Counted from the first letter of the stretch, positions 12,753-27,000 are shown. The stretch: 64,000 nt of DNA from Eledone cirrhosa (GCA_964016885.1 OZ024741.1:251534001-251598000), one strand, 5' to 3'. The notes: generated by a model from the sequence alone, not told the origin. Program-made: numbers and translations.

Positions 12753-14494
12753 ACTTTAAATTTGATGCTCATAATTGCTTTATATGAATTTGTTTTGTTT
12801 AAAGTTACAATAAAGGGGAATAAAGGAAAATGAAAAATACTTGTTAATGTTTTAGTTATATTACACTTCATATTAACGAAGGCCTGTGGTTTAATGGTTA
12901 AGGTTATTAGCTCATGATTAGAAGGTTGTGATTTGAAGGTTGTGAGTATTGATTGAATCAACCAGAACACTCATCATGAAACCAAAGGATGTCTAACACA
13001 CACAACACATCATATTTTCTCTTGCTGTTAAAAGGTAATCTCAAGAAATAGCCAAAACTTAAAAAATATATACCAACTTCTTGTGAAGTTGTGTGATCAA
13101 GGGGAGCCATTATGTGGTCATGTAAATTCCTAGAACTAACAACCAAATCTCTCATAATTTACATTCAACTCTCTTAGAATAATCTAGAGCCAGTTAGTTA
13201 TACTGTCTGCAAAACATGGCAGGATGGTCATGACAGGAATGTTGTTAATCATAGGTCTACTAGATAAAGATTGACTTGGAGCTAAACAATAACAAGGTGG
13301 TCTCTCACATTGGCTCATGTGTATAGACTGGCATAACTACATACATACATACATACATACATACATACACATATATATAGATGATGGCTGCAACTCGATT
13401 TTGAGTAAAGTCATTGCTTGATACTTAAGCATGAACATCATGGATGTGGCCTTTTAGTCTTGCTAGAGACTTGCCTATGGCCAGCAATACCATGCATCGC
13501 AAAAACTGTAGCATATCAAGCGATGCCTGTGCTTGAAGCTTTTTTAAGTGAGGAAAGGCTTTTCACGGGGCCAATCCCACTCTCTGAACATCAAATGTAT
13601 CTATCCAAAAAGAAGAACTGGTCAACATCATTGGATGCAAACGAAGTTGCAGGTTTTATAGCAGAGTGACATTCTCCTAGAAAGATGTCTTATTGAAGAC
13701 AAGGAGTCTTTTGCTCTACAAAAAATAACTTTATTGGATGGTTGTTAATTCTCCTAAGTTCTTCCACCTTTTGACGGGTCTTGTTTTTCATCCCACAGGG
13801 AATCCAATATCAGCCTCCTCACCAAGCAAGCTTGGTTGGGTTTCCGGTTTAGTTGCTGACAACCCGACCATGCACAGGTTGTACTAAATTACATGTTACC
13901 AGTAGCGCTGAAGAGCAGCTTGACATACACATACATACATAAGACTGCTATTTCTATCAGGTTTAGTTATCATATAAGGTCTCCTGTAGCATTGGCTCAT
14001 ACATATATATATACATAAAATCATAGGGTGTAACTTGAGGCAGATCTATGTGCTATTTCTAACATGGTCTAGTTACCAAATAAGGGTCTCCTGCATTGGC
14101 TCATATATCCATATATACATAAGACAATAGAGTGGGATTTGAGGTAGATTTGGGTGCTATTTCAAACATTTTCTAGTAACCAAGGGTTTCCTACATTGGC
14201 TCATACCTACATATATACATTAGATTATAGGGTGGTATTTGAGGTAGATTTGGGTGCTATTTCTCTCAGTAATAGCTATCATGTTGAGGTCTCCATCATT
14301 GGTTCACAGAAAGAGTGTTTGTTGAAGAATGTAGAAGAACCTATAGATTTATTGGAAATATTAAGAGAAATCAATAATCTGCCAGCAGTGCCATCCCCCT
14401 CCCCACCGCCACCGCCACCGACACCCCACACCACACCACCACCCAACCACCTGCTGTGGAATACAGCATCCCACCATGTTTTCTCTATATAAAC

Positions 14495-16684
14495 CAACAC
14501 TACTACCACTACAACATCAACACACCCCCTACAATACTACTACTCAAGCACCGCTACAACAACAACACCACCACCTCATAACACTACATCACAACACTAC
14601 CACCACCACCACCACTACAACACTACCACCAGCACCAGTACCAGCACCACTATGCCACCACTTCACCACCTCTACAACACTACCACCAGTACCAACACCA
14701 CTACACCACCACTACTACCACCACCACTACAACACTACTACCAGTACCAGTACCAGCACCACTACGCCACCACTTCACCACCACTACTACCACCACCAGT
14801 ACCAACACCACTACACCACCACTACTACCAACACCATTACTATCACTACCACTACAACACTACCACCAATACCAGTACCAGCATCACTACGCACCACTTC
14901 ACCACCACTACTACCACCACCAGTACCAACACCACTACACCACCACTACTACCACCACCACTACAACACTACCACCAGGACCAGTACCAGCACCACTACG
15001 CCACCACTTCACCACCACTACTACCACCACCAGTACCAACACCACTACACCACCACTACTACCACCACCACTACTACCACCACCACTACAACACTACCAC
15101 CAGTACCAACACTACTACCACCACCACTACAACACTACCACCAGGACCAGTACCAGCACCACTACGCCACCACTTCACCACCACTACTACCACCACCAGT
15201 ACCAACACCACTACACCACCACTACTACCACCACCACTACTACCACCACCACTACAACACTACTACCAATACCAGTACCAGCACCACTACGCCACCACTT
15301 CACCACCACTACTACCACCACCAGTACCAACACCACTACACCACCACTACTACCACCACCACTACTACCACCACCACTACTACCACCACCACTACAACAT
15401 TACCACCAATACCAGTACCAGCATCACTACGCACCACTTCACCACCACTACTACCACCACCAGTACCAACACCACTACACCACCACTACTACCAACACCA
15501 CTACTACCACCACCACTACAACACTACCACCAGTACCAGTACCAGCACCACTATGCCACCACTTCACCACCACTACTACCACCACCAGTACCAACACCAC
15601 TACACCACCACTACTACCACCACCACTACAACACTACCACCAGGACCAGTACCAGCACCACTACGCCACCACTTCACCACCACTACTACCACCACCAGTA
15701 CCAACACCACTACACCACCACTACTACCACCACCACTACTACCACCACCACTACAACACTACCACCAGTATCAGCACCACTACGCCACCACTTCACCACC
15801 ACTACAACACTACCACCAGTACCACCACCACTACTACCACCACCACTACAACACTACCACTACACCACCACTTCACCACCACTACTACCACCACCACTAC
15901 AATACATATGTCTCAGCCTATACTACTGTCTTAGTTGTGGCAGTAATCATATATTTGTTGTACCACAGGTGGCTTAGAAGTGGGTGGTAGTTAGGTGTAT
16001 GTTGGTAGGTGGGGGTAAGGGTAGTAGTTGTGGTGGTGGTAGTTGGTGGTTGGGAGGTGGGGGATGGGGGTTATTGTTGGGTGGGGGCTGTTGGTAGGTG
16101 AGATGGTAGTTGAGGTGGTAGTGGTTGGTGGTTGGGGTTGTGGTAGTGGTGGTGGTGGTTGTTGTTGGGGGGTGGGGGCTGTTGGTAGGTGAGATGGTAG
16201 TTGAGGTGGTAGTGGTTGGTGGTTGGGGTTGTGGTAGTGGTGGTGGTGGTTGTTGGTAGGTGGGGCTGTTGGTAGGTGAGATGGTAGTGGTTGGTGGTTG
16301 GGGTTGGGGTTGTGGTAGTGGTGGTGGTGGTGGGTGTGGGGCTGTTGGTTGGTAGGTGGGGCTGTTGGTAGGTGAGATGGTAGTGGTTGGTGGTTGGGGT
16401 TGGGGTTGTGGTGGTGGTGGTGGTTGGTAGGTGGAGTGGTTGTTTGGAGGTAGAGTTGTAGTTGTGGTAGTGGTGGTCGTGGTGGGTGGGGATGATGTGG
16501 TAGTTGTGGTGGTGGTGGTTGTGGTGGTGGTGGGGTGGTGGTTGTGGTGGTAGTATGTGTGTTGGTGGGTGGGGTCGCAGTCGTCGGGGTGGCAGATGTG
16601 TGTTGGTGTGTAGTGGTGATGTTATGTGTGCGTTAGTAGTATGGGTGTGTTTGTGGGTGTGGTGTGTGTGTGTATGTGTGTATG

Positions 16685-16739
<55 letters not shown>

Positions 16740-17460
16740 ATGTGACGGCAAGGGTGTGTATATATATGTGCCTGAGTATCTGTGTGTGTACTTGTTGATG
16801 GAGATTTGTTTGTAGGGAAGGAGGAATATGGATGTGTGTACAAAATACAGTAGGCTTGTGGAGGGGGTAGGTTTGGTGAAGTTCATTGGATTGGGGTGAG
16901 GTACGAGAGTGGGGTGAGGTACGGGGAGTGGGGTGAGGTACGGGGAGAGGGTCGAGGTACGGGAGAGGGATGGGGTGCAAGGGAAGGGTGTGCTGCAGGA
17001 GTGGGGAGGGATGTATGCATGTTTGAAATCCACACAGTAGTTCTGTGTGTGTGTGTGTGTGTAAGTGCCTATATATGGATATTGTGATGGTGGTGGCGGT
17101 GGTGGTGGTGCTGCCTATGCTGTTGGAGGAGGTGGTGGTGGTGCTTATGCTGTTGGTGGTGGTGCTACTGTTGTTGTTGGTGGTGCTGATGGTGGTGGTG
17201 GTAGTGGTGATAGTTGTGGTGATAAGATAGTGCTGGTGGTGGTGTTGTTAGTAGAGATCTTGATTGTGGTGGTGGTGGTGGTGCTTGTAGTGTTTTTGTG
17301 GTGGTGGTGGTGGTGGTGGTGGTGGTGGCAGTAGTGATGGGGTGTTGGTGTTTGTGATTGTGGTGGTGGTAGTCGTCATCATAGTGGTAGTTGGGGAGAT
17401 ATTGGCCGCAGTAGTGATGGTGGTGGTGATGGGGTGGTGGTGGTGGTGATAGGGTGGTAG
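14495..17460. repeat. (CAC/TAC)-rich then (GGT)-rich compound simple-sequence repeat
   Basis: Low-complexity arrays that produce the His/Thr/Pro ORFs. Confidence 0.9.
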
Positions 17461-17658
17461 TGATGATGATGCTGGTAGTGTTTTCATATTGATGGTTGTG
17501 ATGATGGTAGCAGCAGTAAAGGCGTTATCAGAAGAAAGCAAAAACGGCATCAAAAACTGCTTAATGAGGTGGTACAGAAGAATTTGTCTAAATTTGTACA
17601 AATTATGTAGGAACATTGCCTATAATGACGGGTGTAGCCTAATTACAACCAGGCTATA

Positions 17659-17731
17659 TCATGTGACCTGTTCATAGACCAATAATTATAGTGTTGCTTT
17701 GTCATGTGACCTGCTCATAAAGCAGCCAATA
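17659..17731 (+). promoter_or_regulatory. Duplicated M-box/E-box + CCAAT module
   Basis: TCATGTGACC...CCAAT (17659-17683) and GTCATGTGAC...CCAAT (17701-17730) in a unique-sequence island. Confidence 0.35.
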
Positions 17732-19040
17732 GGAGAACTGCAAAGCTAGGAAGAGTATTTAGAGTCAGCTGTGTTGATGTCAAACAAGTAACTGATGGGA
17801 TATCAGTTCATATCCTATATATATTGTAAGGTTCAATAAGTTTACTTTACAATCACATGGTCCCAGGTCCCATCCTATTGACTGGCACCTTGAGCAAGTC
17901 TTGTTTGCCATACACTCAAGTTATCCAATATCTTGTGAGTGAATTTGAGGCAAAAGAAACTGTGTATATTTTATGAAGACCTTCAGGTATTTGCTTAAGA
18001 TCCCTGCAGTTCATTTTGAAAAAGAAAGCTCCTAAGTTCATATCTTGTGAATGAAGTTTGTTAAAGAGTTTCAATTTTCTTATAATAAATAATGATAATG
18101 AAAATTATTGTGTACAGTGCTCAGGTGCACTACAACTCATCAAAGGTGCATGTATAGTCATAGAATAATTGTTTCTACTTTTGGCACAATGCCAGCAATT
18201 ATCCCAGTGTATTACTGGTACTTTATTTTATCGACCCCGTAAGGATGAAAGGCAAAGTTAACCTCAGCGGGATTTGAACCGTAATTCTTGCTGCAAAGCA
18301 TGGAGTCCGACCATCTACCGATACTGCCAATCCAATGTACAAATGTCAGGAAAGTTAACAGAGTATACGTACAGATACATGCTTGCGTGTGTATGGAGGG
18401 AGAATATCAGGGTGTAGTGTTGACAAATATTTTATGAAAACCTTCTCATATTTGCTACAGTTTGTTTGGAACAAAAAGGCCCTAAGTTCATAATTTCCCA
18501 TTCTCGTCATCATAAGTGATGTTGATTTATTTTTATTGCTTTTCAAGTCTAGAAACCTCGATTGAATTACAGACATGGAAACTATGTTCTTCCAAACAAA
18601 CTACAGAGGACTTATTGGAAAATGTAGAATAGTCTCTGTTTCTCAGAAAAGTATAATCAGAACAGTTTTTCTGGGAAACTTTATTTATTATCTAAAACAG
18701 ACCCATAGATGAGTATGAAACCTGTCTTGGGGCCTATAAGAGGCCCCAGCATATTTGTTTATATATATATATATATATACAATATGTTGAAAAGGTAACA
18801 CACCAGAGAGAGATATATAGTGCGCTATCAATAATACAGGGAAAAAAACCACCAGTGTATGGAATGTATTTTAAAGAGCTCAGGATCTCTTCTCCTTTGA
18901 GCACATTATTTACAGGGAATAGCGAGGGCCTATGCCTCCGTTAATTTATCGTGATATATATATATATATATATATACTGCTGTTAGTAAGCTTATACTAT
19001 TAAGTCTACGCTAAGGTATGTCAATATCTTAACACCAAAT

Positions 19041-19108
19041 ATTATATTTCATCTGATGAAAGCAGACTAAAATTTTGTGTCCTTGAAATACGTATAATAA
19101 AATAAATA
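19041..19108 (+). ncRNA. Minimal type I hammerhead ribozyme motif
   Basis: atttcat CTGATGA aagcagac...gtgtcctt GAAA tacgta TA ataaaat: palindromic stem III ATACGTAT. Confidence 0.65.
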
Positions 19109-19356
19109 TGGTATTATAAAGATGTTTTCCATTTATTAATATTGTTAAAATTAATAATACTCCAGATAAAAATCTATAGAGTGCTTCAAATCTGTTATAA
19201 AACTAACTTTGTTGAATGATAATCAACAAACCATATAACTCATTGTTTATATACATATATATATTAGAAAGAGTCAGGGTGCCCACTCTACTATCACAAG
19301 TGTTGAGTACTCTGTTGAATAAGGGACTTACTAGTTTAATACTGGTTTAATCCTGT

Positions 19357-19404
<48 letters not shown>

Positions 19405-19412
19405 CACTCACA

Positions 19413-19445
<33 letters not shown>

Positions 19446-19768
19446 GTATATAGTTTTCAACTAACAATAACCATGCCTCAGATAACCCTCACTGGCCAAG
19501 GTACTGCCTCTACATATATAAAGAAGCCACATAAAAGTAAGAGAGATAAGAGAGTACTATGGTGTGTTGGAATATATGATAACCCAAATCTAATGAAACA
19601 AGTGGAAAGTGGGAGAAAACATGAACTAATACAACTATAAAGAAATGGATTCAAAACAAGTGAGGAACATGACAAACTCAACATTAACAGCAAAATATTC
19701 CTTACCATCAACTAATCTATTCCAACATTTTTGAAGTAGGAAAGTTGTCAGGAAACTATACTTTAGAG

Positions 19769-20069
19769 CAGTGATTCCCAACGTGAGGCGAAATTTGAAT
19801 ATTGAAGGGAGCAATTTGAAAATGATGTTAATGAGAGCAAACTTCAGGTTTTACCTTATTGCTTTTACACCAAGGCAACTTTGGAACAAATTACTGTCAG
19901 AAACTCCTGTCTCATCTCCTCCACACATGTTATTGTGCTTCTGGCATCACCCATATGTCAATTTGTTTACACTTTGTAGTTGATCATTGATGTTTATATA
20001 TCAAAGTGGAGCATAAAAATGTTTGAGATGTTGAGGTGGGCATAAGGCACAAAAGATTGAGAACCACTG
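19769..20069. mobile_element. hAT (Charlie-like) MITE
   Basis: TIRs CAGTGATTCCCAA / TTGAGAACCACTG with a perfect 8-bp TSD CTTTAGAG. Confidence 0.85.
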
Positions 20070-20834
20070 CTTTAGAGTCTTATCATGACGACATTTCTCA
20101 ATATTTCTCAATATTTCCAAATATTTGCAATGGAGGGCTTAATTGTGAAGAGATGAAACAACCCGAGAAACAAGTAACTAATGTGCAGATGATGCACATA
20201 CCATCAGACAAAGTAAGTTTGTCAAAGAGAAACATTTTAAGTAATTACCTGGGATGAAATCATAAAGAGGCAGGAAGAAATGAACTGTGACACTAAGACC
20301 AAACAGCAAGTCAGACTTAAAAGATAAATACAGATAACATGGAGAATACTATGGCAGAGGAAGAATGAAGGACTACATTATAGTAAACAGAAAAGATATG
20401 TTCATCTTGAGGGACAGCTGGGAAGAGATAAAGGAGAGAGTGGGAAAATAAGAGAGAGAGAGAGAGAAGGGGAGGGGATTAGACCTTGGGTTATTCAGAA
20501 AAGAAAGAGAACAAAGGGAAGATAATCCAGCATGGAAGATAAAATGTTAAATGTGTGACCAGAGATAAAAAAGAGGAAATATAATCACCACTACATCTCT
20601 TGTTTACCAGATGGATGGAATTTTCTAGTCTGTAGTCTAGAATGAACATGGTGTGATATGGTGTGGTGTCATACGATGTTGTATGGGGGTGTGGTTTTTG
20701 TCATCAACATTTCTACTAACCTGTATCACAACAGTTCTACCAATGACTACTACAACATGGTTACCAGCCCCTGCCACAACACATCTGCCAACTTTTACTC
20801 TGCAGGTTCTACCAGCCCCTATCTTAATAGTTTA

Positions 20835-22500
20835 ACCAATATCTACCATATCAGTTTTATTAATATCTATCACACCACTTCTACTAATATCTACCACATC
20901 GTTCTACCAATATCTACCACACCTGTTCTACCAATATTTACCACATTGTTCTACCAATATCTACCATAACAGTTCTATCAATATCTACCACAACAGTTCT
21001 ACCAATATCTACCATACCAGTTCTACCAATATTTACCACATTGTTCTACCAATATCTACCATAACAGTTCTACCAATATCTACCACAACAGTTCTACCAA
21101 TATCTACCACACCAGTTCTACCAATATTTACCACATTGTTCTACCAATATCTACCATAACAGTTCTATCAATATCTACCACAACAGCTCTACCAATATTT
21201 GCCACACCAGTTCTACCAATATCTGCCATGCCAGTTCTACCAATATCTACACACCAGTTCTACCAATATCTACAACAACAGTTCTACCAATATCTACCAC
21301 ACCAGTTCTACCAATAACTATCACACCAGTTCTACCAATAACTATCACACCATTTCTACCAATGTCCTCTACATCAGTTCTACCAATATCTACCACAACA
21401 ATTCTACCAATACCTACCACACCATTTCTACCAGCCTATATTCTGATAGCTCTAACAACCTCTAACAAAACAGTTCTAACCTCTATCTTGACAGTTCTAC
21501 CAGCTTCTACCACAACATTACTATCAACTTCTATAACAATATGTCTAAGCTTTATCCCAACAGTTCTACTTATACCAAATCCAGTTCTATTATAAGTTCT
21601 ACCAGATTTTACTGCAAATATTCTATCCACTACTGAGACAATAGTCCTCCCACAACAGATCTACCAAACTCTACCACAACAGTTCTACCAACCTCTACCA
21701 CAATAGCTCTACCAATCACCTATATAAATAATTATACCAGCTCCTACTACACCAATTCTACAAAGCTCTACCATGTAGTGACCTACATTCCGCGGGCTCA
21801 CATACATTCTATGTGCGTGATTTGGCTCAGTTCAGCCAATCAGCGCCAGTAGAAGAGGATGTATCCCTACGCGCCCTGAGGAAGAAATTCACCGCGAAGA
21901 TTTGAAGAATCTCGCTCTTGTACCAGAAACTTCGAGTCAGCAACACGCATAATGTAACAGTGAGATATTGCACCACTAGCCTCGCCGGCTTAACGGCGCA
22001 ATGGCACATTCCATTTTGTAACCTCTTTGTATCTGTAACTTCAGCCATATAAATAAACAAACATTTCATCTCTAATTACTGCGGTTGAAGTCGTTGTTAT
22101 GTTACTCGTGTCTCAATAACATCTTTAATCCATGCTGCTGGAATTGGCGACCTGACGAAAGGAATATTGTAAATAGATGGTAAATAGATCGAGGGACCTT
22201 CCCTCACGTCTATGTCAACAAGATAATCCAACGAGGATACTATCACTTACCACACTGGCAACTAACGACCACTGATTCTACCACCCTGCTAAAGTGGCGA
22301 TAACATCTATAACCAATACTGCTAAAACCACAATAATTCTGCCAAACTCTACCACAACAGTTCTACCAACCTCTACCACAATAGCTCTACTAATCACCTA
22401 TATAAATAATTATACCAGCTCCTACTACACCAATTCTACAAAGCTCTACCACAATAATTCTTCCAAACTCTACTACAACAGTTCTACCAACATTCGCTGC
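20835..22500. repeat. About 24-bp minisatellite (cagttctaccaatatctaccacac), interrupted by the LTR-like block
   Basis: Repeated ttctaccaatatctaccac units. Confidence 0.85.
21774..22300 (+). mobile_element. LTR-like insertion in a minisatellite
   Basis: CpG-rich unique block starting TGTAGTGACC, with CCAAT (21836), AATAAA (about 22052) and PBS-like TGGCGAC/TGGCAAC. No clean TSD seen. Confidence 0.4.
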
Positions 22501-24448
22501 AAAAATTCTAACCTCTCACACAACAGTTGTATAGAGTCAATTTTTTGACTTGCCAGAAATAACACCTGCTCTAATAAAAAGACAGCATTGTCATAGCTGG
22601 AAAGACATTGATTATAGCCATGCTTGATTAGAGCCAGCCCAGGGTTTAACAACAATCACCACATACAGCAATGTCACCATGACCATGACCCCACCTCTAC
22701 CATCACCACTACCGCCATCATCAACATAACCAACAACAACACCACTGTCACTACCACCATCACAACCACCACCACCATCACCTCCACCACCATCACCACC
22801 ACACTAACAGATTTCTGAAATGGCAATGGTATCAAGAAAACAGCGACTTTTATCAGTTTTGAAATCAATAAGTGTTGCTGACACAATTGTATGATGGTAT
22901 GATGGTGTTAGTAGTGGTGATGGTGGTATGGTAGTGGTATAGGTAGTAGTGGTGATGGTGATGATGGTGATGGTGGTATGGTAGTGGTATAGGTAGTGGT
23001 GGTGAGGGTGATGATGGTAGTGGTGGTGGTGATGGTGTTGAAGGTGGTAATGGTATGATGGTGCTAGTGGTAGTGATGGTGGTATCGTAGTGGTATAGGT
23101 AGTGGTGGTGATGGTGATGATGGTAGTGGTGGTGGTGATGGTGGTGAAGGTGGTAGTGGTATGATGGTGCTAGTGGTAGTGATGGTGGTATGGTAGTGGT
23201 ATAGATAGTGGTGGTGATGTTTGTGGTGGTCATAGTGGTATAGGTAGCAGTGGTGAAATTTGTGGTGGTCATAGTGGTATAGGCAGAAGTGGTAATGGTG
23301 GTATAGGTAGCAGTGGTGATGTTTGTGGTGGTCATAGTGGTATAGGTAATGTTGGTGATGGTCGTAGTGTTGGCAGACATATGGAAGTGATACAGGTACA
23401 CATGGTAGTGGTAGTAATGGTAATAGTGGTGGTAATGGTCATATATGTGTAATGGTACAGGTAGTTGCAGAGGTGGTGGTAGGGGTAATGGTGATGGTAT
23501 AGGCAGTAGTGTTGATGGTGGTAGTATTGGCACAGATGGTACTATAGTTCCGATGGTAATGGTGATATATATGTAGTGATATAGGTATATATGGTAGTGG
23601 TGGTGGTGGTGGTGGTATAGGTAGTGGTAGTGATGGTAGTAGTGTTGGCAGTAGTAGTGGTGGTGAGGGTTGTAGTGCTGTTGGCACAGAGATGGAACTG
23701 AATTTCTCTTAGTAATGGTGATATATGTATAATGGTACAGTACTTGTGGTGATGGTGGTAGTAATTGTAATAGGGGTGATATAGGTAGTAGTGGTGGTGG
23801 TGGTGGTGGTGGTAAATGATGTGGTAGTAGTATGGTCCTATGGTATATTAGTGGTATTGGTAGTAATAGTGGTGATAGTGGAGCTGGTGGTGGTATTGGT
23901 AGGAGTGTTTGTGGTGTGTTGTGCTACAGGTATTTGCAGTGGTGGTGGTGATGTTGGTGGTGTCAGTGGTGGTAGTGTTGTTGTTGGTGGTGGTAGTGGT
24001 GGTGTCAGTGGTGGTTGTGTTGTTGTTGGTGGTGGTAGTTGTGATGATGGTGGTGTTCGAGGTGGTGGTGGTGATGTTGGTGTTGTCAGTGGTGGTGGTG
24101 GTCGTTGTTTTGTTGTTGGTGGTGATGCCATTGATAGTGGAGTTAGTAGTGGTGGTGGTGGTGGTGATGATGTTGTTGGTGATGGTGGTGGTGGTGGTGA
24201 CAGTGGTTTTGTTGGTGGTGGTGGATTTGCTGATGGTGGTGTTCGAAGTGGTGGTGATGCTGGTGATGGCGTTGGCAGTGATGGTGGTCTTGTTATTGTT
24301 GTTGGTGGTAGTGCTGTTGATAGTGGTGTTATTGGTGGTGATGGTGGTGGTGATGTTGTTGGTGGTGGTGGTAGCACAGCAATACTACTAAAGCTATTGT
24401 AATTTTGGTGGCAGTCTAGTACTATAATTAGTGGTGGAGGTGGTATTA

Positions 24449-24730
24449 GGAGGCATGTGGCCTAGTGGTAAGTCTGTTGGACTTACACTCATAACATCAT
24501 GGGTTCAATTCCTGGACTAGGCTGTGTGTTGTGTTCTTGAGCAAAACACTTCATTTCCCGTTGCTCCAGTATCCTCCACTGAAAATGAGTACCAGCAATA
24601 GCTGGGGGTTTAACACTGCAATAAACTGGTGTCCTGTCCAGGGGAGAGTCTTATACTCTCAGTAACCTAACACCACTGAAACCAAGATAAACACTGGCCT
24701 GATGAGTCTCCTGACTTGAGACAGACTTTA
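24449..24730 (+). mobile_element. tRNA-derived SINE with TGTGT(T/C)CTTGAGCAA central domain (Meta/V-SINE-like)
   Basis: A-box tggcctagtgg, B-box ggttcaattcc and conserved central domain. Relatives at about 8130-8450, 25075-25370 and 47230-47560. Confidence 0.7.
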
Positions 24731-25388
24731 GGCTTTTTTAGAAGTTGTGTCACTAGTTCTCCAAATTGAGAAATCACAGCTCTGATACTTTGGACATGTG
24801 GTTAGAATGTCAAAGGAAAGAATCGCTGGACAAATTTTATGGCCAAAATCAACTGATAGGAGACCCAGAGGTAGATCCCGAGCAAGGTAGATGGATAACA
24901 TCCATGAGCTCAGCTAGTCTTGCTTCTGGATCCAGCTGGATCAATTGGAATCAGTTGCCCTTGACACAACCTACTGGGAAGTATGCTGAGCACTCTGATC
25001 CACAATCCTCCCAGGTATATGAGGGTAAAGAAAAAGATTTGTACATGTATATATATATATAGAGAGAGAGTTTGTGTGGCTTAGTGTTTAGCAGTGTTCA
25101 CTTCACAATCAATTTAAAGGTCATGAGTCCTATTTCCAGTGGTGCATTGTATATTTGTTCACTTTCTGTCACTCAGCTGACAAGAATGAGATGTACTTGT
25201 AATTCAAAGGGCCAACTATGTCACATACAGTGTCATGCTGAAAGTCTCTAAGAACTACATTAAGAGTAGATATTTTTATGGAATACTCAGGCACATCTTA
25301 CATGTTAAGTTCCCAAGCAGGCTGATCTATTATTGGAACAACTGGAACACACATTGTTGGAATAGACAGAGAACCAACATTCATAAAT

Positions 25389-25419
<31 letters not shown>

Positions 25420-25992
25420 CTGTTTAACGTCCATTTTCCATGTTGGCATGGGTTAGATGAGTTATCCTGTTGTGAGCAATGTCATGTTTGGTGAACATAT
25501 CCTGCTCATACAGAACCAATTTCTGGCTTAGTTTCTACAGCTGGATGCCCTTCCTAGCACCAACAAACTAATTTACAGTGAGTACTGGGTGCTTTTTGTC
25601 GTGACACCTATATATAGACATATATATAGTTTAATGGCTTGTAACTTTATATTACTATCGGTTTACCAACTTGAGCACCCAATGCTTAGCTGGGTCTGTT
25701 TTAGTATAGAATGTGGTGTTTTACATTTGGTTGGTCTCCTTTATAAGAGGAGTGTTATTAATAATATTTGTTTCTACTTTTGGCACAAGGCCAGCAATTA
25801 TCCCAGTACATTACTGGTACTTTATTTTATCGACCCCATAAGGATGAAAGGCAAAGTGAACCTCAGAGGAATTTGAACTCAGACTCTAAAGGGGCATAAC
25901 TCTATGCTGCAAAGCATGGTGTGTGACCTTCTACCGATGCTGCCAATCCCCGAGCAGGAACGAGGTGTGAAAGTATCATCATTAAGTTTATT

Positions 25993-26085
25993 CAGGTGTG
26001 ACACATGTTTCACAACTGATCAGCTCAAGCTACGATCTGTATCTATCAGTCCTGACACTGGAATCAATAGCTCATCAGATTCGTG
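25993..26085 (-). ncRNA. Degenerate type I hammerhead motif, 60-nt stem II domain
   Basis: CTGATGA gctattgat...atcagttgt GAAA catgtg TC then AATAAA; stem I pairing poor. Confidence 0.45.
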
Positions 26086-26723
26086 GATTCCTTAATGACG
26101 GGAGATAGATATCTGTGATAATTTGACACCTCATTCCAACTCATTATTATCTTTTTAACTTTGCCTTTCATCCTTACGAGGTCGATAAAATAAAGTACCA
26201 GTAATGCACTGGGTAATTGCTGGCCTTGTGCCAAAAGTAGAAACAATTATTATCATTATTATTATACATGCTTTGCAGCCTAGAATTATGGCCCTTTATG
26301 ATCTGAGTTCAAATCCCGAGGTTGACTTTGCCTTTCATCCTTACGTGGTCGATAGAATATAGTACCAGTAATGCACTGTGATAATTGCTGGCCTCGTGCC
26401 AAAAGTAGAAACAATTATTATACATACGAATATATAATGAGAAGCTATATATATATATAGTAATAATAAATACAAAGACCAAAATCTGAAGAAGACTCGA
26501 TAAGGATTGTCTATATATATATATATATATATATATAAGTATATATAAACCTGTAGAACAAATAATTATCATTAGCATATATTAAAGTTTAAGCAAAGGA
26601 ATTTTGCTTTCATCCTATATGGGATCTTCTGAAACTTCAGAAAATCCCATATAGGGTGAAAGCAGAACTTCTTTGCTTAAACTTTAATCTGTGCTAATAA
26701 TGTATATATATATATATATATAT

Positions 26724-26931
26724 AACGGAAGAAATGTGGTAAGGAACCAGGTGGACCATAACGCACCAAAGTACTCAATACTTAGGGTAGTAGAGTGGGT
26801 AATAGGAACAAGTAGGACCCCGGCGGCTGAGCTCAAGCCGTTTCGACGGTTAATTCTTTGACGGCTAATTCTGTCCAGAATTAGCCGTCGAAACGGCTTG
26901 AGCTCAGCCGTCGGGGTCCTACTCGTTCCTA
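26724..26931. mobile_element. Fold-back Penelope-pLTR-like fragment with hammerhead 3' half
   Basis: gacggctaattctg-tc-cagaattagccgtc GAAA cggcttgagctcagccg TC ggggtc; flanked by (TA)n; second copy at 43783-43950. Confidence 0.6.
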
Positions 26932-27000
26932 TATATAAATATATATATATATATATCACAGAAAAAAGAGAATCAGTGTTGTGATGAAATGAATTTATTG

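Noticed and set aside
13380-13930. Complex block possibly from a LINE 5' region or an exon
   Set aside because: No recognisable peptide or splice pattern; it could not be classified without a database search.
14476-15990. Long His/Thr/Pro ORFs (also 32139-33770 and 35469-36662)
   Set aside because: Open in several frames because the simple repeats lack stop codons; no domain or splice support.
24694-24735. CTGATGA followed by a gtctc/gagac hairpin as a hammerhead
   Set aside because: No GAAA after the hairpin (agac instead); part of a SINE 3' region.
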